Source of the DNA: Gammaproteobacteria bacterium
GTDB taxonomy: Bacteria > Pseudomonadota > Gammaproteobacteria > HK1
DNA length: 64,000 bases
Reading direction: 5' to 3'
Assembly: GCA_965221555.1 (NCBI GenBank)
Contig: OZ244895.1
Location: forward strand, 1,294,803-1,358,802
Each line of letters starts with the position of its first letter. Positions within the stretch are counted from its first letter, which is position 1. Shown here one piece after another: positions 57,541 to 64,000 of this stretch. The notes beneath the pieces are model-generated. The model worked only from the letters and a program-made list of their open reading frames with translations, did not search any database and had not been told where the DNA came from. The position numbers and the translations under genes are program-made.

Positions 57541-58494
57541 TCACCCGGGACGCACTTCCTCCGCGAAGCGCAGCACTTCCCGGGCCAGGCGCAGCTTGTC
57601 GGGCTCGCCATGCATCAGGGTCGCCGTCACCCGGCAGGGCACCGCAATGCGATCCGCCTCCACCGCGTCGGCCTCGTCGAGCACGTAGGCGTCGATGAGT
57701 CCGGCGTAGTGCGCGGCGATCGCCGCCGCGGCGACCGGCAGGCCCGCCTCGCGCATCATCTTGGCGGTCGGACCCTTGACCGAATCGCCTCCCACGATGG
57801 GGGAGACCGCGATTACCGGCGCGGAGGCGGCGCGCAGCGCTTCCCTCACTCCCGGCAGAGCCAGGATGGGATCGACGCTGATGAAGGGATTGGACGGGCA
57901 GATGACGATTGCGCCGGTGTCGGGGTGGACTACGTCGCGCATCCACTCTCCTTGCGGACGGGCAGCCTCGACTCCGGCGAAGCGCAAACCCCGCACCGCT
58001 GGCACGCAGCGGCGCTCGACGAACCAGCGCTGGAATTCGAGCTCCCCTTCGGGGGTTCGGACCATGGTGCGCACGGGCTGGTCGGACATCGGGAGCAGAC
58101 GAGGGGCGACGTCGAGACGGCGGCAGAAGTCGGCGGTGATCGCGCTCAAGCTCTCTCCCGCGGCGAGGCGGCGGGTGCGCTCCACGTGGGTGGCGAGATC
58201 TCCGTCGCCGAGCCGGAACCACGATTCGCCGCCCAGCCGTTCGAGCGCGGCCATGAAGCTCCAGGTCTCGCCCGCGCGGCCCCATCCGGCTTCGAGGTTG
58301 GCGAGCCCCGCCAGGGTGTACATGAGGGTGTCGAGGTCGGGCGAGATGCGAAGACCGAGGTGCTCGAAGTCGTCGCCGGTGTTGGCGACGATGACGAGTC
58401 GATCGCCTCGAACCAGTCGCGAGAGCCCGAGCGCGAGCTTCGCGCCGCCGATCCCGCCCGAGAGGGCCACCACTTTTAAACCGTGCTCCGTCAT
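57541..58494 (-). CDS. cofD: 2-phospho-L-lactate transferase CofD (F420 biosynthesis)
   Basis: N-terminal KVVALSGGIGGAKLALGL plus CofD/UPF0052 family features; 317 aa. Confidence 0.85.
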   Translation of the reverse strand: MTEHGLKVVALSGGIGGAKLALGLSRLVRGDRLVIVANTGDDFEHLGLRISPDLDTLMYTLAGLANLEAGWGRAGETWSFMAALERLGGESWFRLGDGDLATHVERTRRLAAGESLSAITADFCRRLDVAPRLLPMSDQPVRTMVRTPEGELEFQRWFVERRCVPAVRGLRFAGVEAARPQGEWMRDVVHPDTGAIVICPSNPFISVDPILALPGVREALRAASAPVIAVSPIVGGDSVKGPTAKMMREAGLPVAAAAIAAHYAGLIDAYVLDEADAVEADRIAVPCRVTATLMHGEPDKLRLAREVLRFAEEVRPG

Positions 58495-59270
58495 CGGCGA
58501 AAGAGGTCCAGCTCACGGGCGCGCAGCAACGCCTGCGCGGAGGTGGGCTCGCCCTGCCAGCGCGCGCCATGCACCACCGCGAAGGGCAGCGCCTCGTCCC
58601 CTTCGCCCATCACCAGGGCGGCGGCGGCGGCGAGCGAGTCGGCGAGTCCGGTCAGACTCACCTCCAGGGGCCGGCCGTAGAGGTCCGGCCGGCCCCGGAG
58701 ATCTTCGAGCGCGGGCAGTCCGGCACAACCGAGAGCGATCCCGACGGTTCCCGTTCGCCAGGGCCGTCCGACGCTGTCGCTCATCACGGTGGCCACGTCC
58801 ACCGCGAAGTGGCGATCGAAGACGTGCTTCAGCTCCTCGCAGACCGCGTCCGGATCCTCGGGCAGGAGGAGCACGCGCTCGCGTTCGTGCGTGTGCCGGA
58901 TGTTGGAGCGATCCACTCCGGCGTTCGCCATGACGTGGCCACTGCGGTGCTCGGCCACGATGAGATTGGGCCCGTGCGCCACCACCTCCTTGGATTCCGA
59001 GAGGATGATCTCGACGAGTCTCGGGTCCTTGCCGGTGACCTCGGCCAGCGCACGAGCCCGCGCCGAGGGAGGGTGCTCGTCGAGGTACGCGTAGCGGCCC
59101 TGCGCTTTGGAGACGATCTTCTGGGCGATCACCGCGACGTCTCCACTGCGCAGGACGATGCCGGCCCCGTCGAGTGCCGCCGGCAGGATCCCCCCAAGGT
59201 CGTCCCCCGGCTCCACCATCGGCACCCCCGGCACCGCGCGGACCCTCAGGGTGCGCGGCTTGGGGTCCAT
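58491..59270 (-). CDS. cofE: coenzyme F420-0:L-glutamate ligase CofE
   Basis: CofE-like motifs GDVAVIAQKIVSKAQGR and ANAGVDRSN; its stop overlaps the cofD start. Confidence 0.85.
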   Translation of the reverse strand: MDPKPRTLRVRAVPGVPMVEPGDDLGGILPAALDGAGIVLRSGDVAVIAQKIVSKAQGRYAYLDEHPPSARARALAEVTGKDPRLVEIILSESKEVVAHGPNLIVAEHRSGHVMANAGVDRSNIRHTHERERVLLLPEDPDAVCEELKHVFDRHFAVDVATVMSDSVGRPWRTGTVGIALGCAGLPALEDLRGRPDLYGRPLEVSLTGLADSLAAAAALVMGEGDEALPFAVVHGARWQGEPTSAQALLRARELDLFRR

Positions 59271-59303
59271 GCCGCTGCGATCACTCTCGTTTCTCGAGCC
59301 GTT

Positions 59304-61803
59304 TCACCGGAGCGGGCGCTTCGCGATCGCGTCCCGCGAGGCCTCGGGCGCGCTTCCCGGGCGCAGGAGAGGGCGCCGCTCCCGACCCCGCTCGTAGCGC
59401 CGCGCCGCGGGTGTCTTCACCACTTCGCGCAGTGCCGATGCCGCAAGCGAGGCCCGGTAACGCTCCGCGGGCGCGCTCGCGTACAGGGTGGTGCGTTGCC
59501 TCGGACTCCGGCCGATGGACCTTGCCAGCGCCTCCATGCGTTCCGGCGCCATCTCTTCGCCGTGGGAGGCCCCGGCGGCGCGGGTGATGCTCTCGTTCAT
59601 GAGGGTACCGCCGAGATCGTTCGCGCCCGCCTCGAGGCAGGTGCGGGCCCCCTCCGGACCCATCTTGACCCAGGAGGTCTGGATGTTGGTGATGTGCGGG
59701 TCGAGCGCCAGGCGCGCCACCGCGTGCATGAGCACCGCTTCGCGGAAGGTCGGCCCTCGGCGCGCCCGGCCCCTGAGGTAGAGCGGGGCTTCCATGTGCA
59801 CGAAGGCGAGCGGGACGAACTCGGTGAACCCCCCGGTACGCTCCTGCAGTGCGCGTACCCGCAGCAGATGCCGGGCCCAGCTCCGGGTGTCGTCGACGTG
59901 GCCGAACATGATCGTTGCGGTCGAGCGCAGACCGGCGCGGTGCGCCGCTTCCATGACTTCGAGCCACTGGCCGGTTCTGATCTTGTCCGGGCACAGTACG
60001 GCGCGGACCTCGTCGTCGAGGATCTCCGCCGCGGTTCCGGGCAGGGAGCCGAGCCCCGCCCGCCGGAGGCGTCCGATATAGGTATCGAGATCGAGACCCA
60101 GCGTCGCCGCCCCCTGCCACACTTCCAGCGGCGAGAAGGCATGGACGTGGATGCCGGGCGCCGCCTGTTTCACGGTGCGGCAGATGTCGAGGTAGGTCTC
60201 ACCCGTATATTCGGGATGGATGCCGCCCTGCATGCACACCTCGGTGGCGCCGCGCATCCAGGCCTCTTCGCTCCGTCTTGCGATCTCCTCGTGCGCGAGG
60301 TCGTAGGGGCGTCCCCGCAGGTTCTCGCTCAGCTTGCCCTTGGAGAACGCACAGAACCCGCACTTGAAGTAGCACACATTGGTGTAGTTGATGTTGCGGG
60401 TGACGACGTAGCTGACCTCGTCACCGTTTCGTCGCACACGCAGGGCGTCGGCGGCCTCGCACACCCGCGCGAAGTCGGGGCCGCGGGCCTCGAAGAGGCG
60501 CATGACCCTTGCCTCGTCCAGTGCCTCGCCGTCTGCGAGACGCGCCAGGATCTCCGCAACTCCGCTTTGCCGGGCCGGCATGTGATCGCGCCGTACCCAC
60601 CCGTTCGCGGGGCTGGCCGTATCGCCCGCGCTCCACGGTGTGTCGCGGACGAAGCCGGAGGCATCGATGCGGTCGAGCACCGGAGCATGAAACACGGGGT
60701 CGAGCCAGTGCGCCCGGTCCCGGCAGTATTCGGGATACACCGCGAGGCGCTCTACCAGTTCCCGGCCCGCGGCGTTGGTCTCGCGTTCGAGATCCGCGAG
60801 GTGCGGCCAGGGCGCCTCCGGGTTCACATGGTCGGGAGTGACCGGGGAGACCCCGCCCCAGTCGTTGATTCCGGCGTCGACGAGGGCGCTGAGGGCGCCG
60901 GGCCGCAGATTGGGCGGCGCCTGCACGCTCATGCTCGGTCCGAAGACCAGGCGCGCCATTGCGATGCTCCAGCAGTGCTCGTCGAGGGACGGCTCGGATG
61001 CCCCGGCCATCAGCGTGCCCGGCTTGGCCCGGAAATTCTGGACGATGATCTCCTGGATGTGGCCGTATCGCTCGTGTACCGCGCGGATCGCGAGCAGCGC
61101 CTCGACGCGCTCACGCCTCGTTTCGCCGATGCCGATGAGGATGCCGGTCGTGAAGGGCACCGCCGCCTCTCCCGCCGCGCGCAGCGTTTTCATGCGCCGC
61201 TGCCCTTCCTTGTCGGGCGAGCCGTAGTGCGGGCCACCCTTGCGGCAGAGTCGTTCCGAAAGGGACTCCACCATGATCCCGGACGAGACCGATACGCGGC
61301 GGAAACGCTCGAGAGCGTCCACGCTCATCAGCCCGGGGTTCAGGTGGGGCAGGAGGCCGGTGCGTTCGAACACCAGCCGGGCCATCGCTTCCAGGTAGGA
61401 AAGGGTGGAGTCGTAGCCGAGCCGGGCGAGTGCGTCGCGGGCGGCGCGGTAACGGTCCTCGGGGCGGTCGCCGAGGGTGAAGAGGGCCTCCTGACATCCG
61501 GCCGCGGCTCCCGCCTGCGCGATCTGAAGCACTTGCTCCGGAAGGAGATAGGGTGCGTCGAGCCGACGCGGGGTCTGCGCGAAGGTGCAGTAGTGACACA
61601 CATCGCGGCACAGCCGGGTGAGGGGGATGAACACCTTGCGGGAATAGCTCACCCGGCCGGGATGGGCGAGATCCCGCGTGGTGCGCGCCGCGCCGCTCAG
61701 AGTCTCGAGCGGGACTTGTTCCGCGAGGGTCAGGAGCCAGTCGTCCGAGAGCCGCTCTCCCTCGGCTGCGCGCGCGAGCGCGCGCTCGGTGCTGTCTCGC
61801 ATT
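59304..61803 (-). CDS. fbiC: FO synthase (fused CofG/CofH radical-SAM protein, FbiC)
   Basis: Two radical-SAM cysteine triads (CRDVCHYCTF and CYFKCGFCAF) in one roughly 830-aa polypeptide. The internal ATG MRDSTERAL was preferred to the GTG of the table ORF. Coordinates are accurate to about 2 nt. Confidence 0.85.
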
Positions 61804-61923
61804 TTCGACTTCTTCCCCGGCCCAAAAAGCTCTCGGGCTGCGGCAGAATAGGCTCTCCCGCCCGAGTGGGAGAGCACTATATCCGCCCGGACAGGAATTT
61901 CGTAGCGCGCGGGAGGGAGGCCC

Positions 61924-62616
61924 TTGGACATCAGAATCCTGGACGACGCGCCCGCGGTGGCGCGAGCGGCGGCGTGCTTCCTGGTCGAGGCGGGAGGCCG
62001 GGCGATCGCCGCCCGGGGACGCTTCTCGCTTGCCCTGAGCGGGGGTTCCACGCCCTGGCGGATGCTCCGACACCTCGAGCCGGAAGACCTTCCCTGGGAA
62101 CGGGTCGACATCTTCCAGGTCGACGAACGGGTCGCGCCCGCGGGAAGCGATGAGCGCAATCTCACTCATCTGGAGTCGAGCCTCGTCGACCGAGTGCCCA
62201 TTCCTCCGACGCGGGTAAACGCGATGCCGGTGGAAGCGGAAGACCTCGAGCGTGCGGCGAGCGATTATGCGGCGCGACTCGCCGCGCGCACCGGCGAGCC
62301 CGCGACCCTCGACGTGGTGCATCTCGGGGTGGGCGACGACGGCCATACCGCCTCGCTGGTGCCGGGCGATCCGGTGCTCGACGTCACCGGAGCCGACGTC
62401 GCGCTTGCCGTCGCGCCCTACCAGGGGCGGCGACGCATGACGCTCACCCTTCCGGCGCTCAATCGGGCGCGCACCGTGCTGTGGCTGCTCACCGGCGCGG
62501 GCAAGGCGCGGATGCTGCGCCGACTGCGCGATGGCGATGCGGGCATTCCGGCGGGCCGGGTGGCGCGTCGCCACGCGGTGGTGTTCACCGACCGCGACGC
62601 CGCCGCGCTGCTGTAG
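61924..62616 (+). CDS. pgl: 6-phosphogluconolactonase
   Basis: Glucosamine-6-P isomerase/6PGL fold motifs (LALSGGSTP, DERNLTHLES, HLGVGDDGHTASL). Confidence 0.8.
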   Translation: MDIRILDDAPAVARAAACFLVEAGGRAIAARGRFSLALSGGSTPWRMLRHLEPEDLPWERVDIFQVDERVAPAGSDERNLTHLESSLVDRVPIPPTRVNAMPVEAEDLERAASDYAARLAARTGEPATLDVVHLGVGDDGHTASLVPGDPVLDVTGADVALAVAPYQGRRRMTLTLPALNRARTVLWLLTGAGKARMLRRLRDGDAGIPAGRVARRHAVVFTDRDAAALL

Positions 62617-62674
62617 GCGAGCCAGGTCGCGGATGGATCACGAATCGCCGGGCGGTGGGCATGTCCATGGGCTG

Positions 62675-62857
62675 AACCCGAAGATTTCACCGATTTCTCA
62701 ACTCGCGGACGCCAATATGCTCGCTGTTGCGAGCCTCCCTCCCTCAAGCCGCTTCGCCTGTTTCCGGCTCGCCGTTGCGCGTCTTTCAGTCCGTGCTTCC
62801 TGCTATCACGGCATCGTGGCGCCCGAAGCGGCCGAAAATCGGTGAAATCTTCGGGTC
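62675..62857 (+). repeat. MITE/REP-like element, copy C (183 bp) with a 22-bp perfect terminal inverted repeat
   Basis: The termini ACCCGAAGATTTCACCGATTTTC and GAAAATCGGTGAAATCTTCGGGT are exact reverse complements. The interior is collinear with copy A (CGGACGCCAATATGCTCGC...TCCCTCAAGCCGC...GCGTCTTTCAGTCCGTGC...CTATCACGGCATC). Confidence 0.85.
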
Positions 62858-62879
62858 AAGGGATCGGAGGGTATGAGAC

Positions 62880-63902
62880 ATGAGTGACGAAACGAGACTC
62901 AGCCTGGAGGAGGTGCACCGGCTCGCGAGCGATGCGTTGCTCGCTTGCGGAGTGTCCCCGGACCAGGCGCGCGCCATCGCCGACAACATCCAGCGGGCGG
63001 AACGCGACGGCGCCAAGTCGCACGGCCTCTTCCGCATTCCCTTCTATGTGCGCACGCTCGATACGGGAAGGGTGATGCTGGACGCGGTGCCGGTGGTACG
63101 GGATATCGCCCCCGCGGTGGTTCAGGTGGATTCGTGCGCCGGATTCGCTCCCCTGGCCCTGGAAGTCGGCGCCGAACCCCTGATCGAGAAAGCGAAGACG
63201 CACGGAATCGCCGCGCTCGCGACCTTGAACACTTTTCATATCGGGGCCCTCTGGCCCGAGGTGGAGCGGATTGCCGAGCGCGGTCTGGTCGCCTTCGCGT
63301 TCACGAGCTCCATCTGCTTCGTGGCCCCGGCCGGCGGCGTCAGACCTCTCTACGGCACCAATCCCATGGCCTTCGCGTGGCCCAGGGAAGGCCAGCCTCC
63401 GCTCGTGTTCGACCAGTCCTCGAGCGTGAGCGCGCGCGGGGAGATCATGATCCGCAAGCGCGACGGAGAAGCGTTGCCCGAGGGCTGGGCAATCGACGCG
63501 CAGGGCCAGCCCACCACCGATCCCGACGCCGCGCTCGCCGGCGCCCAGCTTCCCTTCGGGGGCTACAAGGGAGCCGCGATCGCCATGATGGTGGAGCTGC
63601 TTGCGGGCGCGCTCATTGGCGATGTCTTCGGCTTCGAGGAGTACGCGCGCAATCCCGACGACAGTGTCGGCGGACTCGGAGGGCACTTCATGATCGCGAT
63701 CGACCCGGTGCGCTGCGTCACCCACGACGATCGCGGCGCTCAGCTCGCCCACGCGGAGAAGCTCTTTGCACGAATACTGAAGGAGGAGGGTACCCGGCTG
63801 CCCTCGCAGCGCCGCTACGTCGCCCGATCCCGCACACCCGCGCAAGGCGTGACGATCCCCAATTCTCTGCACGAAACACTGCTCAAGTACGCGAGGCGCT
63901 GA
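62880..63902 (+). CDS. Ldh_2 family malate/L-lactate-type dehydrogenase (ureidoglycolate dehydrogenase AllD-like)
   Basis: Ldh_2 fold motifs (GAKSHGLFRIPFY, FGGYKGAAIAMMVELLAG); 340 aa. Confidence 0.85.
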   Translation: MSDETRLSLEEVHRLASDALLACGVSPDQARAIADNIQRAERDGAKSHGLFRIPFYVRTLDTGRVMLDAVPVVRDIAPAVVQVDSCAGFAPLALEVGAEPLIEKAKTHGIAALATLNTFHIGALWPEVERIAERGLVAFAFTSSICFVAPAGGVRPLYGTNPMAFAWPREGQPPLVFDQSSSVSARGEIMIRKRDGEALPEGWAIDAQGQPTTDPDAALAGAQLPFGGYKGAAIAMMVELLAGALIGDVFGFEEYARNPDDSVGGLGGHFMIAIDPVRCVTHDDRGAQLAHAEKLFARILKEEGTRLPSQRRYVARSRTPAQGVTIPNSLHETLLKYARR

Positions 63903-64000
63903 CCGCGGTGTTTCGCGCCTGCCGGGGCGGAGCGCGATTGCGCTTCGCAACGGCGTGGCCGCCCGTATCTTGAGCATGTCCGCGCATGCGCGGACATGGG

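Overview
This is a 64 kb, roughly 69% GC bacterial chromosomal segment. It is densely packed with catabolic genes for ring N-heterocycles and their uptake systems; no rRNA, tRNA, CRISPR array, transposase or integrase was recognisable. Two paralogous hydantoinase/oxoprolinase A+B pairs are present: hyuA-hyuB at 13.1-17.4 kb on the minus strand and a second pair at 26.1-30.2 kb on the plus strand. The same theme is carried by a dihydropyrimidinase, a TRZ/ATZ-type amidohydrolase, an M20 N-carbamoyl-amino-acid/allantoate-type amidohydrolase, an amidase-signature enzyme, an isochorismatase-family hydrolase and two polysaccharide-deacetylase-fold enzymes (one PuuE-allantoinase-like). Further related genes are an AllG(YlbE)-AllF(FdrA)-aminotransferase module and an Ldh2-family dehydrogenase. 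Transporters are one polar-amino-acid-type ABC system, one PotABCD-type ABC system, an MFS transporter and two DMT/EamA transporters. Interleaved are F420 biosynthesis genes (cofD, cofE, fbiC) with pgl, a 935-aa flotillin-like SPFH protein with internal 29-aa repeats, crcB, a Kef-type antiporter, and cinA overlapping a roughly 1,890-aa tandem-duplicated UvrA-like gene interrupted by a 1-nt frameshift. The most unusual non-coding signal is a family of at least five 180-290 bp intergenic elements with terminal inverted repeats built on CATGTTTCACCGATTT. Two inverted copies bracket crcB, and related solo GGTGAAAC-ATG-GCG motifs sit at gene starts. Also notable: the C-terminal extension of HyuB copy 1 is homologous to a standalone 169-aa ORF in the same operon, pointing to an uncharacterised accessory module of this hydantoinase system; and no transcriptional regulator gene was recognisable anywhere in the window.
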